Of a stretch of 64,000 nucleotides of DNA, positions 1 through 13,070 are shown in pieces. The DNA comes from an uncultured Chloroflexia bacterium. Its GTDB lineage: Bacteria > Chloroflexota > Dormibacteria > CF-121. A model generated the notes under the pieces. It ran no database searches and had not been told where the DNA came from. It saw only the letters and a list, made by a program, of their open reading frames with translations. The stretch lies in contig CAWCIV010000001.1 of NCBI GenBank assembly GCA_963795805.1, forward strand, positions 778,749 through 842,748. The letters run 5' to 3'. Numbering within the stretch: position 1 is the stretch's first letter; each line of letters begins with the position of its first letter. Made by a program: the position numbers and the translations under genes.

Positions 1-389
1 TCTTCCAGAATCACGGGACTCGCCAATTCTCCACGCGAGCGACTCGCGGCCAGCCCCGTCGTCGGGAGATTGTCGCGGATTTCACAAGAGCCGAGCACGC
101 AGTCCGCCCCGACCTCGATCCGGTCGGTTGCGATCAGCGTGCAGCCGTTGAGGCGGGCGTTGCGACCAATCCGGATGACCGCCCGAGGATCGGTCGTGAT
201 CAGCCGGTTGACCTCCGCATGCGACCAGGCGTTGACATCGTCGTCAAGCTCGACGCGGCCTGGCCCTTGGATCCGCAACCGGCCGTTGCCGAGGAGTCCC
301 CGGCCGATGGTCACGCGGGATCCGGGCACGCGGTAGGAGAGAGTGGTGAGCCAGCCAAGGACCTGCGCGGCGGCCCGCTTCCCGTTCAT
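1..389 (-). CDS. Hexapeptide-repeat (left-handed beta-helix) acyltransferase, 3' end runs off the window
   Basis: Not in the ORF track. Manual translation from ATG at 389: MNGKRAAAQVLGWLTTLSYRVPGSRVTIGRGLLGNGRLRIQGPGRVELDDDVNAW...AVIRIGRNARLNGCTLIATDRIEVGADCVLGSCEIRD...PVILE, with typical [IV]xIGxx hexapeptide repeats. Confidence 0.75.
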   Translation of the reverse strand, partial: MNGKRAAAQVLGWLTTLSYRVPGSRVTIGRGLLGNGRLRIQGPGRVELDDDVNAWSHAEVNRLITTDPRAVIRIGRNARLNGCTLIATDRIEVGADCVLGSCEIRDNLPTTGLAASRSRGELASPVILE

Positions 390-461
390 TCGGGATCATT
401 CTGCCGGGCTCGGGCTAAGGATTGCGGCCACACATACACAAAATCGTGTAATGTAACGGGG

Positions 462-1968
462 ATGGTCGCCCGCGCGCTGTCCGGGACCACCTTCGGCCTT
501 GACGGGGTCCGGGTCGACGTGGAAGCCAACATTGCCGACGGGCTGCCCGGGTTCCATATCGTCGGTCTCGGGGATCGAGCGCTCCAGGAGGCCCGCGAGC
601 GGGTCAAGATCGCGATCAACAACAGCGGCTTCGAGTTCCCGGGGCGGAAGGTGACGGTCAACCTGGCGCCGGCTCAACTGCCCAAGCTGGGGAGCGGATT
701 CGACCTGGCGATGGCCGCGGCGATCGTCAGCGCGACGATGGATCGGGAGCTCGCCGCCGAGGCCGCCTGGCTCGGAGAGTTGGCGCTCGATGGACGCGTC
801 CGCGGCGTGCGCGGCGTGCTGGCGATCACGGCGCACCTGGACCGGCTCGGCGCTGGCCCCTTTTTCGTCCCCGATGCCAACGTGCGCGAGGCGCGCCTGG
901 CCACCAGCCGTCCGGTCATCGGGGTCAGCCATCTCCGTCAGCTGATCGACCACTGGCGGGATGGGGCGCCCATCCCGGATCCAGCACCACCCTCGATGCC
1001 CACCACCGGCATCCGCCGCCGATCCGGTCGACCTCGCTGACTTTTGCGGCCAGCCGCACGCTCGGCGGGCGCTCGAGATCGCCGCGGCTGGCGCGCATCA
1101 TCTTCTATTGGTCGGACCGCCGGGGGCGGGGAAGACGCTCCTCGCGCGCGCCCTGCCGGGAATTCTTCCGCCCTTGACGCCCAGGGAAGCGCTGGAGGTG
1201 ACGACGATCGCGTCCTGCCTCGGCAACCTGCCACCCGGGGGCGGGCTGGTCGAGACGGCGCCGTTCCGCGCCCCTCATCACAGCATCTCGCCGGCCGGAC
1301 TGGTGGGAGGCGGGGCCACCGTGCCGCTCCCGGGCGAGGTAACCCGCGCTCACCGTGGGGTGCTGTTCCTGGACGAGTTCACCGAGTTTCGCCGTGACGC
1401 GCTCGAATCCCTCCGTCAGCCACTCGAGGATGGCCGCCTGGCGGTGGCGCGGACCAGGGGTCATGCGGTCCTTCCCGGCCGGTTCATCCTGGTCGCGGCC
1501 CTGAACCCCTGCCCGTGCGGCTTTGCCGGCGAGCCCGGACGATGCCAGTGCACCCCGCTGCTGCGGGCGCGATACCACGATCGAATTTCCGGGCCGATTC
1601 GCGACCGGATCGATCTCCAGGTGACCGTGTCGCGCCAGCCCGCGGGCGATCTCATCGCGCCCGCCACGATGGCCGAGCCGAGCGCCACGGTGCGCGAGCG
1701 GGTTCTGCAAGCGCGAGCCCGCCAGCAGGCACGCCGGCCGCATGGTCCCCTGAACGGCGCCCTGACGGGACCGATGCTGCGCAAGGACGTCGTGCTGCCG
1801 GTGCCGGCGCGAAGCCTGCTCGAAACGGCGGCGGACCGCCTCCAGTTGAGCGGGCGGGCCATTCATCGCGTCGTGCGCGTCGCGCGCACGATCGCGGACC
1901 TCGAGGCCGCCCGGGACATCGGGCTGGACCACATTGCCGAAGCACTGCAGTACCGGGAGAGCGGATGA
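462..1968 (+). CDS. comM: YifB/ComM family Mg-chelatase-like AAA+ ATPase (frameshifted near 1000)
   Basis: The N-terminal Lon-like domain (GLPGFHIVGL...VTVNLAPA..PKLGSGFDL) is in ORF 219..1040. The AAA domain (GPPGAGKT, PFRAPHHS, GVLFLDEF, NPCPCG) is in ORF 961..1968. Single frame change; ATG 462 follows TAATGT. Confidence 0.9.
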
Positions 1969-2852
1969 CGGTCAGCCGCATCGCTGTGGATGATCCGACC
2001 TATCCGGCGCTCTTGCGACAGATCTTCGATCCACCCAATCATCTCTACGTCGATGGGTTGATCCCGCCTGGGCCGATGATCGCGGTGGTCGGATCGCGAC
2101 GGGCCACGCCCTACGGCTTGCGCACGGCCGAGCGATTGGCCAGGTCGCTTTCGGATGCCGGGGTCGTCGTCGTCAGCGGGCTGGCGCGTGGGATCGACGC
2201 GGCGGCGCACCACGGCGCGCTGCTCGGGGCAAGCCCGACGGTGGCGGTGCTCGCCACCGGCTTGGACCGCATCTATCCGCCGGAGCATACGGAGCTGGCT
2301 CGGGCGATCGCCGCCTCGGGCGCGGTCGTGACCGAGGCTGAAGCCGGCACGGCACCGTTGCCGAGCCGATTCCCGCCTCGCAACCGAATCATCAGCGGCA
2401 TGAGTCTGGGTGTGGTGGTCGTCGAAGCAGCCGCACGCAGCGGAGCGCTGATCACCGCGCGCATGGCGCTCGAGGCGAACCGCGACGTGTTCTGCGTGCC
2501 TGGCAGCGTCGAGAACCCGCTGGCTATCGGGCCGCACCAGTTGATCAGGGATGGGGCCAAGTTGGTGCAAACGGTTGAGGATGTGCTTGAGGAGTTTCCG
2601 ATGCTGCTCCCGGTCATTCCGCTCGCGCGTACGCGTACGCGCGCACACGCGCGCGCGGATTCGGGACCCACCGACCCCGATCTTGTCGCCGTTTGGGAAT
2701 TGCTTGATTGGGTAGAACCGCGCCATCATGATGACCTGGCGGCCATGCTCCGTTTAGAGAGCAAGGAAATAAGCCGGCGCTTGACTTTATTGGAAATGGG
2801 CAACTATATAATCGGCGACTGCGGTGCGGTCACGCGCCGTCCCCAGAACTGA
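1965..2852 (+). CDS. dprA: DNA-processing protein DprA (Smf)
   Basis: AVVGSRRAT.YG, VVSGLARGIDAAAH, FPPRNRIISG, VVEAAARSGALITA motifs; ATGA overlap with comM. Confidence 0.95.
   Translation: MTVSRIAVDDPTYPALLRQIFDPPNHLYVDGLIPPGPMIAVVGSRRATPYGLRTAERLARSLSDAGVVVVSGLARGIDAAAHHGALLGASPTVAVLATGLDRIYPPEHTELARAIAASGAVVTEAEAGTAPLPSRFPPRNRIISGMSLGVVVVEAAARSGALITARMALEANRDVFCVPGSVENPLAIGPHQLIRDGAKLVQTVEDVLEEFPMLLPVIPLARTRTRAHARADSGPTDPDLVAVWELLDWVEPRHHDDLAAMLRLESKEISRRLTLLEMGNYIIGDCGAVTRRPQN
2624..2657. other. 34-nt perfect alternating purine/pyrimidine tract (Z-DNA-prone)
   Basis: cgcgcgtacgcgtacgcgcgcacacgcgcgcgcg inside the dprA linker (ARTRTRAHARA). Confidence 0.8.
2781..2812 (+). promoter_or_regulatory. 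Putative sigma70 promoter of topA inside the dprA 3' end
   Basis: TTGACT (2781-2786) and TATAAT (2807-2812) in an AT-rich patch; 20-nt spacer (18 nt if TATATA is the -10). Confidence 0.55.
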
Positions 2853-2853
2853 A

Positions 2854-5190
2854 ATGGCAAACCCACTGATCATCGTCGAGTCACCCGCAAAGGCCAAGAC
2901 CCTTGGCCGGTTTCTTGGCGGGAAGTACGACATCCGCGCCTCGATGGGTCACGTGCGCGATCTCCCCAAGAGCACGCTCGGCATCGATCTCGACGATTCG
3001 TTCAAACCGGAATACGTCACGATCCCGGGCAAGGAAGCGACCATCAGGGATCTCAAGGCGGCCGCGAAGGGCGCGTCCGAGGTCTTGCTGGCCTCCGACC
3101 CGGACCGCGAGGGTGAGGCGATCGCCTGGCATCTCGCCAGCGTGCTGAAGCTCACCGAGCCCCGCCGCATCGAACTCCATGAGATCACGCCCGGCGCGGT
3201 GGAAAAGGCGTTGCTGGCGCTGCGGCCGATCAACCAGGACCTTGTTGATGCGCAGCAGGCTCGCCGCGTCATCGACCGGCTGGTCGGATACAAGCTCAGC
3301 CCGCTGCTGTGGAAGAAGATCCGCAAGGGGCTGAGCGCCGGCCGCGTCCAGTCCGTCGCCGTCCGTCTGGTCTGCGAGCGCGAAGCGGAGATCGAGAAGT
3401 TCATCCCGGTCGAATCCTGGAGTCTCGACGCCATGGTGGCGAAGCGGGACCTGCCGCAGCGGGTCTTCCCGGCGCGCTTCGTGGGGAAGCAGGGCGAGGA
3501 GAAACTCGACCTCAAGCAGGAACCCCAGGTCCGCGACATCATGGCCGCGCTCGAGGGCGCGACCTATCGCGTGCTCTCGATCGAGAGCAAGGACACGACG
3601 CGCAACTCCCTGCCGCCCTACAAGACGAGCACGCTGCAGCAGGACGGCTCCAACCGGTTGCGCTTCAAGCCGAACCGAACCATGAGCCTGGCCCAGCAGT
3701 TGTACGAAGGCATCGAGCTCGGCAGTGAGGGGCCGGTCGGTCTGATCACCTACATGCGAACGGACTCCTACCGGATCTCCGAGGAGGCCCTGACGCAGAC
3801 CCGCCGGTTCATCACCGACCAGTTCGGGCCGACCTATGCCCGACGCGACAAGGCCGACTGGAAATCGAAAGGAACCGGCACGGTCCAGGATGCGCACGAG
3901 GCCATCCGTCCGACCGATGTCACGCGGACGCCGGACGCCATGAAGAACTTTTTGACACCGGACCAGTTCAAGCTCTACAAGCTGATCTGGCAGCGATACA
4001 CGGCGAGCCAGATGTCGCCGGCACGGTTCGCCCAGACGCGAGCCGACATCGCAGGCGCCGATTACCTATTTCGCGCCACCGGGTCGGTGCTCGTCTTCGA
4101 TGGGTTCTACCGGGTCTGGGAGCGCGACAGCGAGAACGACGAGGAGAAGGAACTGCCGCTGCTCACCGTTGGCGAGGAACTCGACCTGCGCGAGCTGAAG
4201 CCCGAACAACATTTCACGCAGCCGCCGCCACGCTATTCGGAGGCGTCGTTGATCAAGGCGCTTGAGGAGCTGGGGGTTGGCCGCCCGAGTACCTTCGCCC
4301 CAACGATCGATGTCATCCAGACCCGCCATTACGTGCAGCAGGAGGAACGCCGGCTACGCCCCACCGACCTCGGCAAGACCGTGAACACCTGGTTGATCGA
4401 GCACTTTCCGGACATTGTCGATGCGGGCTTCACCGCCGAGATGGAGGAAGAGCTCGACGATGTCGAAGAAGGGCGCCGGCAGTGGGTGCCGATCGTGCGA
4501 GAGTTCTTCAAGCCCTTCCTCAAGACCCTGACGAAGGCCGAGGCCACGGAGCGGGTCAAGGTCCCGATGCGGGAAACGGGCGAAGACTGTCCCAAGTGCA
4601 AGGAGGAGGGCCGCGACGGACGCCTCGTCTATCGGATGAGCAAGATGGGCGAGTTCGTTGGGTGCTCCCTCTATCCGACCTGCGATTACATCCAGGGCCG
4701 GGAAGGCCAGGAGAAGGCCGCGCCCGCCAAGGAGACCGGGGAGCCATGCCCGACCTGCGGCAAGCCGCTCGTCGAGCGCAACGGAAAGCGCGGACCCTTC
4801 GTCGCGTGCTCCGGTTACCCGAAGTGCCGCTACGTCAAGCGGGAGATCAAGCCGGAGGATGTCGTTCCCGATCGGGTCTGCCCGAAATGCGGCAAGGCGC
4901 TCCTCAATCGGACCGGGCGCTTCGGCAGTTTCATCGGCTGCTCGGGCTACCCGCAGTGCCGCTACCTCGAGGGCGGCGCGAAAACGGTGACGCCTCCCGA
5001 GCCGAGCGAACTGCTGATGGACGATCCCTGTCCGCGTTGCGGCAAACCGCAGGTGATGCGCAAGGGAAAGTACGGGGACTTCAAGAGTTGCTCCGACTAC
5101 CCGGCGTGCAAGCCAGAGCGGGCGGCGAAGACCAGCACCAGGCCGCCGCGCGGCACTCGCGTCAAGAAGCCGACCGCGCCCGCCGCCTGA
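2854..5190 (+). CDS. topA: DNA topoisomerase I with four C-terminal zinc ribbons
   Basis: [55 protein letters not shown]; repeated CPxC..F.GCS.YP.C. Confidence 0.98.
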   Translation: MANPLIIVESPAKAKTLGRFLGGKYDIRASMGHVRDLPKSTLGIDLDDSFKPEYVTIPGKEATIRDLKAAAKGASEVLLASDPDREGEAIAWHLASVLKLTEPRRIELHEITPGAVEKALLALRPINQDLVDAQQARRVIDRLVGYKLSPLLWKKIRKGLSAGRVQSVAVRLVCEREAEIEKFIPVESWSLDAMVAKRDLPQRVFPARFVGKQGEEKLDLKQEPQVRDIMAALEGATYRVLSIESKDTTRNSLPPYKTSTLQQDGSNRLRFKPNRTMSLAQQLYEGIELGSEGPVGLITYMRTDSYRISEEALTQTRRFITDQFGPTYARRDKADWKSKGTGTVQDAHEAIRPTDVTRTPDAMKNFLTPDQFKLYKLIWQRYTASQMSPARFAQTRADIAGADYLFRATGSVLVFDGFYRVWERDSENDEEKELPLLTVGEELDLRELKPEQHFTQPPPRYSEASLIKALEELGVGRPSTFAPTIDVIQTRHYVQQEERRLRPTDLGKTVNTWLIEHFPDIVDAGFTAEMEEELDDVEEGRRQWVPIVREFFKPFLKTLTKAEATERVKVPMRETGEDCPKCKEEGRDGRLVYRMSKMGEFVGCSLYPTCDYIQGREGQEKAAPAKETGEPCPTCGKPLVERNGKRGPFVACSGYPKCRYVKREIKPEDVVPDRVCPKCGKALLNRTGRFGSFIGCSGYPQCRYLEGGAKTVTPPEPSELLMDDPCPRCGKPQVMRKGKYGDFKSCSDYPACKPERAAKTSTRPPRGTRVKKPTAPAA

Positions 5191-5194
5191 CGGC

Positions 5195-5300
5195 TATACT
5201 CAGGCCCGCGGATTAAACACGCCTCCCGACGGCGTCCGGGTTGCCCGAATGGGTCCGGCGGCCGAGCGACGGAGGCGGAAGCGTCAAAAACAAGGAGGAC
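5195..5300 (+). promoter_or_regulatory. rpsB promoter (-10 TATACT) and structured 5' leader (t44/S2-autoregulatory-like)
   Basis: TATACT 5195-5200; CGCCTCC (5220-5226) pairs with GGAGGCG (5271-5277); AAGGAGG SD before ATG 5307. The position matches known rpsB-tsf leaders. Confidence 0.6.
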
Positions 5301-5306
5301 GTTCGC

Positions 5307-6143
5307 ATGCCACTCGTCACGCTGAAACAGCTGCTCGAGGCTGGGGTCCATTTCGGCCATCAGACCAGCCGCTGGAATCCCAAGATGAAGCGGTACATCT
5401 TTACCGCCCGCAACGGGATTCACATCATCGATCTCCAGCAAACCGTCAAGCTACTGGATGATGCGTCGACCTGGGTCAAGGACGTCGTCGGGACCGGACG
5501 GACCGTCCTGTTCGTCGGCACCAAGAAGCAGGCGCAGGAGTCGATCGAGCTCGAGGCGCGGCGTTCCGGGATGCCCTACGTCAACCACCGGTGGATGGGT
5601 GGCATGCTGACCAACTTCACGGTCATGCGGCGCCAGATCGACCGGCTCAACAGCTTGCGGGCAATCCGCAACAACGGCGGGTTCACCGGTAGCAAGAAAG
5701 CGATCACCCAGCTCGAGGAGGAATATCAGCGCCTCGAGCGCTTCTTCGGCGGCATGTCTGATATGAAGCGGCTCCCGGGCGCGGTCTACATCGTCGATCC
5801 GCGCAAGGAGCACATCGCGGTTACCGAGGCGCGCAAGCTCGGAATCCCGCTGGTGGCGATCACTGATTCAAACTGTGACCCCGACGAGATCGACCACGTC
5901 ATCCCGGGCAACGACGACGCCATCCGGGCCGTCAAGCTGATCACCTCCAAGATCGCTGATGCCGCCCTGGAGGCGCGACAACTGATCAGCCCTGACGAGC
6001 TGACCGCGGCGCCCGAGACGCCGGTCACCGAGTTCGCCTTAGACGAGGACGAGGAAGAAGAGGACGAGAAAGGCCTCGCCGGGATGCCGACCATCGATGA
6101 GGCTGAGTTCTACGAGGACGAAGCCCTGGATGACGAGAAGTAG
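5307..6143 (+). CDS. rpsB: 30S ribosomal protein S2
   Basis: [22 protein letters not shown]; [12 protein letters not shown]; acidic C-terminal tail. Confidence 0.98.
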   Translation: MPLVTLKQLLEAGVHFGHQTSRWNPKMKRYIFTARNGIHIIDLQQTVKLLDDASTWVKDVVGTGRTVLFVGTKKQAQESIELEARRSGMPYVNHRWMGGMLTNFTVMRRQIDRLNSLRAIRNNGGFTGSKKAITQLEEEYQRLERFFGGMSDMKRLPGAVYIVDPRKEHIAVTEARKLGIPLVAITDSNCDPDEIDHVIPGNDDAIRAVKLITSKIADAALEARQLISPDELTAAPETPVTEFALDEDEEEEDEKGLAGMPTIDEAEFYEDEALDDEK

Positions 6144-8040
<1,897 letters not shown>

Positions 8041-8051
8041 GCAGGCCTGCT

Positions 8052-8774
8052 GTGAATTCGTTGCCGCCGCCCGAGCACGTTGCGATCATCATGGACGGCA
8101 ACAGTCGATGGGCACGCGAGCGATTCCTGCCCCGCGTCATGGGTCACAAGGCCGGGATCGAGTCGATCCGGCGTGTGGCAGAAGCAGCCGATCGGCGGGG
8201 CATCCGAGTCCTGACCGTGTACGCCTTTTCCACCGAGAACTGGTCGCGACCACGGGACGAGGTCGATGCCTTGATGAACCTCTTTTCGGAGAGCATCCGG
8301 CGGGAGGTCGATGAGCTCGCCCGGCGCGGGATCGAGCTTCGCTTCTCCGGCCGCCTGCACGAGCTGAGCCAGGTCCTTCAGGACCAGATCCGGCAGGCAA
8401 ACGATCGCACTCGCATCGGGGCGAGGGCGGTGCTGAATATTGCGATCAACTATGGCGGCCGGATCGAGATCATTGATGCGATCCGCGAGCTTGCCCGAAC
8501 CGGAAACGATCTGACGAACCTGGACGAGCAGCAGATCTCCGAGCACCTCTACACGCGCGGTTTGCCCGATCCGGACCTGGTGATTCGGACCGCCGGCGAG
8601 ATGCGCCTCAGCAACTTTCTCCTCTGGCAGGCGGCCTACTCCGAGTTCTACAGCACGGCGACCCTCTGGCCTGACTTCGGCGAAGCGGACCTCGACGATG
8701 CCCTGGCGTCCTACCAGCGGCGCGTTCGCCGTTTCGGCGCGCGGCCCGAGGAGATCATCAATCGAGGTCGCTGA
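8052..8774 (+). CDS. uppS: Undecaprenyl-diphosphate synthase
   Basis: HVAIIMDGN.RWA, YAFSTENW.RP..EV, IRTAGE.RLSNFLLWQ. Confidence 0.97.
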   Translation: MNSLPPPEHVAIIMDGNSRWARERFLPRVMGHKAGIESIRRVAEAADRRGIRVLTVYAFSTENWSRPRDEVDALMNLFSESIRREVDELARRGIELRFSGRLHELSQVLQDQIRQANDRTRIGARAVLNIAINYGGRIEIIDAIRELARTGNDLTNLDEQQISEHLYTRGLPDPDLVIRTAGEMRLSNFLLWQAAYSEFYSTATLWPDFGEADLDDALASYQRRVRRFGARPEEIINRGR

Positions 8775-8820
8775 GTCGGAGGCCGGCGACCAGCCGCTCC
8801 GCCGTGCCCGTCGCGCCAAC

Positions 8821-9627
8821 ATGATGGCGCGGATCGCCGCCGCGGCCCTTCTCATCGCCCTCGTCCTCGCGATGCTGGCCGCCGGCTCCTTCTGGGTCTA
8901 CCTCGGCGGCGGCATCATTCTCGGCGCCGCCGTCCTCGAGTACTGGCAGTTGACCCGGGCCATGAGCGTCACGGCGCCCCTCTGGCTGCTCCTGCCCCTC
9001 AGTTACGGGCTGTTTCTCCACGATCGGCTGCCTGGGTGGGCAAGCTTGCCGTTCCTGCTGGCGGCGGCGACCGTGCTGGGGTTGAGCACGCAAGTCTTCG
9101 TCAAGGACTGGCGCCTCAGCCTGACTCGCTGGGCGCTGGCCGTCGGCGGCAGCCTCTACCTGGGATACTTGCTGAGCTTCTACCTCGCCCTGTACTTCCT
9201 CCGCCAGCCGGATCCAAACCACCTGGGCTTCGGCTACGTGATCGTGGTGTTTGGCTCGATCTGGGTGGGGGACACCGCGGCCATGGTGGCCGGGATGCTG
9301 ATCGGTCGCCACCCATTCTTTCCGCAGATCAGCCCGCGCAAGACGGTCGAGGGGGCGGTCGCGGAACTCCTGGCCACCGTCGTCTTCTTCGGCCTCGCCG
9401 GTCCGGTGATCAATATCGGTTTTCCACACAGCGTGATCCTGGGTCTCCTGATCGGCATCTTCGCCGAGATCGGCGACCTGGTCGAGTCCCAGATCAAGCG
9501 GAGCGCCGGTGTCAAGGACGCCAGCCGTCTGATCCCGGGGCACGGCGGCGTCCTGGATCGTATCGATTCGCTCCTGCTGGTCGGAGTGGTCGTGTACTAT
9601 TACGTCACCTTTTTGCACCTCACCTGA
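8821..9627 (+). CDS. cdsA: Phosphatidate cytidylyltransferase
   Basis: Multi-TM; ISPRKTVEG, GDLVES.IKR..GVKD...LIPGHGGVLDRIDS. The start may lie slightly upstream. Confidence 0.95.
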   Translation: MMARIAAAALLIALVLAMLAAGSFWVYLGGGIILGAAVLEYWQLTRAMSVTAPLWLLLPLSYGLFLHDRLPGWASLPFLLAAATVLGLSTQVFVKDWRLSLTRWALAVGGSLYLGYLLSFYLALYFLRQPDPNHLGFGYVIVVFGSIWVGDTAAMVAGMLIGRHPFFPQISPRKTVEGAVAELLATVVFFGLAGPVINIGFPHSVILGLLIGIFAEIGDLVESQIKRSAGVKDASRLIPGHGGVLDRIDSLLLVGVVVYYYVTFLHLT

Positions 9628-9677
9628 GCCGGCTCGCCGCGCCGGTCCCTTAACCAACGGTCGTTGCAGCTGAACAC

Positions 9678-10845
9678 ATGACATCTGTTTCCCGCTCCCC
9701 CAAACGTCTTGCCCTGCTTGGCGCCACCGGCTCCATCGGCCGACAGGTGTGCGATCTGGTCAGGCGCTACCCGGAGCGCTTTGAACTGCGGTGGGCGGTT
9801 GCCGGGCACGACCGGGCGGCTCTCGATGCCATCGCGGCTCGCCACCCAGGGACGCGGACACTGCTCGCCAATAGCCCCGGGGCTGACGCCACCATCGCCA
9901 CCACCGCCGTTTGCGACGCCATGCGCGACCCCGAGGTCGACCTGGTGGTGGTCGCGGTCGCGGGCAGCGCCGCGCTGACTCCGACGCTGGCCGCGCTGGA
10001 GTGCGGGAAGGACGTTGCGCTGGCCACCAAGGAGGTCCTGGTGATGGCCGGCGAACTCGTACGTGATCGGATGCAGCGACACGGCTCGCGGCTCTTCCCC
10101 GTGGACAGCGAACATAGCGCGATCTGGCAATGTCTGTGGGGCGAGCAGCGGGCCTCGGTCCGCAAGCTGATTCTGACCGGATCCGGCGGACCATTCCTGC
10201 GGCGGCCGCTCGAAAGGCTGGAGAGCGTGACGATCAGCGAGGCGCTCGCCCACCCTCGATGGAAGATGGGGCCGAAGATCACGGTCGATTCCGCCACCAT
10301 GATGAACAAAGGGCTGGAGATCATCGAGGCGCATTTTCTTTTCGAGATCGCGCTACCCGGACATCGAGGTGGTGGTCCACCCGCAAAGCGTGGTGCATTC
10401 GATGGTCCAGTTCATCGACGGTAGCGTCAAGGCGCAACTCGGCGTGCCTGATATGCATCTCCCGATTGCGATCGCGCTCGCCTTTCCCGACCGCCTGCCC
10501 GACGTTACGACGCCGCCGGATCTGGTGGAGATCGGCCACCTGGGCTTCGAGCCCGTCGATGACATCCGCTACCCGGCGCTGCCGCTGGCGCGCATGGCCG
10601 GGGAGATGGGCGGCACGGCACCCGCAGTGTTGAATGCCGCGAATGAAGATGCGGTGGCTCGATTCCTTAGCGGTCAGCTCCGATTTGTCGACATCATTCC
10701 CGCCGTCCAGTCGTGCGTCGATGCGGCACCCCGAGTCACCGAGGTTTCCCTTCAGGCAATCCTGGAGGCGGATCGCTGGGCGCGTGCCCACGTCGCCCGC
10801 TGGCAACCAAGCGCACCGGCGCGCCCCAGTAAGCGCCCCGCATGA
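9678..10845 (+). CDS. dxr: 1-deoxy-D-xylulose-5-phosphate reductoisomerase (frameshifted near 10352)
   Basis: [37 protein letters not shown] in one frame; VVHPQS.VHSMV...NAANE in the next. Confidence 0.93.
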
Positions 10846-11885
10846 GTCAGGTCATCATCGGGATCCTCGTCATCCTGATCTTCACGGGAATCGTCGTCGT
10901 CCACGAATCAGGTCACTTCTTGACCGCCAAAGCCGCGGGGATCAAGGTCGAGCAGTTCAGCGTTGGCTTCGGTCCGGTCCTGATCGGCCGCCAGATGGGC
11001 GAGACCCATTACGCGATCCGTGGCATTCCACTCGGGGGCTTCGTCAAGCTCGCGGGAATGGATGGGACGATGGATGCCGGTGCGCGCAGCTTCAATGCGC
11101 ATCCGCTTTGGCAGCGGTTTGGCGTCATCGTCGCCGGCCCGATCTTCAACCTGGCGCTAACGGTCCTCATCTTCTTTGGCGTCTTCCTGTTCGTGGGGAC
11201 CACCGACGTGCAGACGCCGGTCCACGTGAGCAGCGTTGATGCCAACACCCCGGCCAGTGCGGCCGGGTTGCAATCGGGTGACCTCATCCGCTCCGTGGAC
11301 GGCCGCACGATCTCGCAGTTCGATGACCTGCCGAGGGCGCTCAACGCCTCCAAAGGCGCCCCGGTCACGGTGGTCGTCGATCGCAATGGCCAGACGATAA
11401 CGATCACCGGGAGTCCGAAGCTCGACCCGGCCAGTGGCAACTACATCCTCGGATTCCATCCAGCGTTCGTGACGCATAAACTCGGGCCGATCGAGGCAGC
11501 CCCGTTGGCGATCCAACGCACCGGGGATGCGATCGCGGGAACGTTCACCGGCCTGTACCAGCTGGCCACCAACAAGAGCCTCGGCGGCTTCTTCGGCCCC
11601 AAGGGCCTCGAGGGGCCGGTCGGGATCGTCAAGACCACCGCGAAAGCCGCACAGGGTGGCGGGCTCAACCTGATCGGGATCGTCGCCTTCCTGAGCCTGA
11701 GCCTTGGACTCCTGAACATCCTGCCCTTCCCAGCCCTGGACGGGGGCCGGGCGGCCTTTCTGGTGCTGGAACTGATCCGCGGAAGGCCGGTGGACCCGCA
11801 GCGGGAGCAGGTCGTCCACTACGTTGGCTTGGCGCTTTTGTTTGGTTTGATCGCTCTTGTGACATATAACGATGTACTGAGGTGA
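10842..11885 (+). CDS. rseP: RseP/RasP M50 intramembrane metalloprotease with PDZ domain
   Basis: HESGH zinc motif, [22 protein letters not shown]. Confidence 0.93.
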   Translation: MSQVIIGILVILIFTGIVVVHESGHFLTAKAAGIKVEQFSVGFGPVLIGRQMGETHYAIRGIPLGGFVKLAGMDGTMDAGARSFNAHPLWQRFGVIVAGPIFNLALTVLIFFGVFLFVGTTDVQTPVHVSSVDANTPASAAGLQSGDLIRSVDGRTISQFDDLPRALNASKGAPVTVVVDRNGQTITITGSPKLDPASGNYILGFHPAFVTHKLGPIEAAPLAIQRTGDAIAGTFTGLYQLATNKSLGGFFGPKGLEGPVGIVKTTAKAAQGGGLNLIGIVAFLSLSLGLLNILPFPALDGGRAAFLVLELIRGRPVDPQREQVVHYVGLALLFGLIALVTYNDVLR

Positions 11886-11889
11886 ACGC

Positions 11890-12990
11890 ATGAGACCGCG
11901 CCGTAAGTCGATCCCCGTTCGTGTTGGTGACGTCGTTATCGGTGGCGCGGCCGAGATTGTCGTCCAGTCCATGTGTAAGTCGGACACGCGGGACGTTCAG
12001 GCGACCCTGAACGAAATCGGCCGGTTGAAGGACGCCAACTGCAAGATCGTGCGGGTTGCGGTCCCCACGAAGGAGGCGGCCGAAGCCATGATCGCGATCA
12101 AGAAGGGCTCCCCCTTGCCGATCATCGCCGACATTCACTATGACGCTCCGCTCGCGCTGCTGGCATTGTCCGCCGGCGTCGATGGGCTCCGGCTGAACCC
12201 CGGCAATATCAAGGATCCGGAAAAGGTCAAAGAGATCACGCGGCAGGCCAAGATCCGTGAGGTCTCGATCCGAATCGGCGTCAATGCCGGCTCGCTGCCA
12301 GGCCGGGCCAAGGAAGGCGCGGGCGTTCGTCCGCCGACCGAGGAGGTCGTCGAAGCCATGGTCAAGGCGGCCCTTGGTCACATCCACATCCTGGAATCGC
12401 TCGACTTCAACCTCATCAAGGTGTCGATGAAGGCCTCGGACCCGCCCACCATGATCGCGGCGAACCGCGCCATCGCCGATAAGATGGCCTACCCGCTCCA
12501 CCTCGGCGTGACCGAGTCAGGTCCGCCGCGGACGGGCTCAGTGAAGAGCGCGGTCGGCATCGGCGTCCTGCTTGAGGAAGGCATCGGTGACACCATCCGC
12601 GTATCGCTGGCCGGGGATTCGGTGGACGAGGTCGAGGTCGCCTACGGCATCATCAACGCGCTCGCGGAGAAGCAGACCGGGCCGAACCTGATCGCCTGCC
12701 CGATGTGCGGTCGTCTCGAGATCGACATGCTGCCGATGGTCGCCGAAGTCGAAAAGGCCTTGAAAAAGATCAAGCGCCCGATCAATGTCTCGGTGATGGG
12801 CTGCGTCGTCAATGGCCCCGGGGAGGGCCAGCACGCTGACATCGGGATCGCCGGTGGCAAGAACAAGGGCATTCTCTTCAAACACGGCAAGATCGTCGGC
12901 ACCTTCCCCGAGAAAGAACTTGTCCCGGCGCTGCTGCGCGAGCTCGACATCATCGCCGCGGAAGATGCGGCCGCGGCGGTCAAGACGTAA
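11890..12990 (+). CDS. ispG: HMBPP synthase IspG (GcpE)
   Basis: VQSM, ADIHYD, RLNPGN, RIGVNAGSL, GIGDTIRVSL, CP.CGR, MGCVVNGPGE. Confidence 0.97.
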   Translation: MRPRRKSIPVRVGDVVIGGAAEIVVQSMCKSDTRDVQATLNEIGRLKDANCKIVRVAVPTKEAAEAMIAIKKGSPLPIIADIHYDAPLALLALSAGVDGLRLNPGNIKDPEKVKEITRQAKIREVSIRIGVNAGSLPGRAKEGAGVRPPTEEVVEAMVKAALGHIHILESLDFNLIKVSMKASDPPTMIAANRAIADKMAYPLHLGVTESGPPRTGSVKSAVGIGVLLEEGIGDTIRVSLAGDSVDEVEVAYGIINALAEKQTGPNLIACPMCGRLEIDMLPMVAEVEKALKKIKRPINVSVMGCVVNGPGEGQHADIGIAGGKNKGILFKHGKIVGTFPEKELVPALLRELDIIAAEDAAAAVKT

Positions 12991-13070
12991 GCCCAAGGGC
13001 GCCGCTCGCGAGGGCCGTCGGGCCTGCGCAACCCCGCCCCGATGCGTGCTGAATTTATACTGACCGGCTA

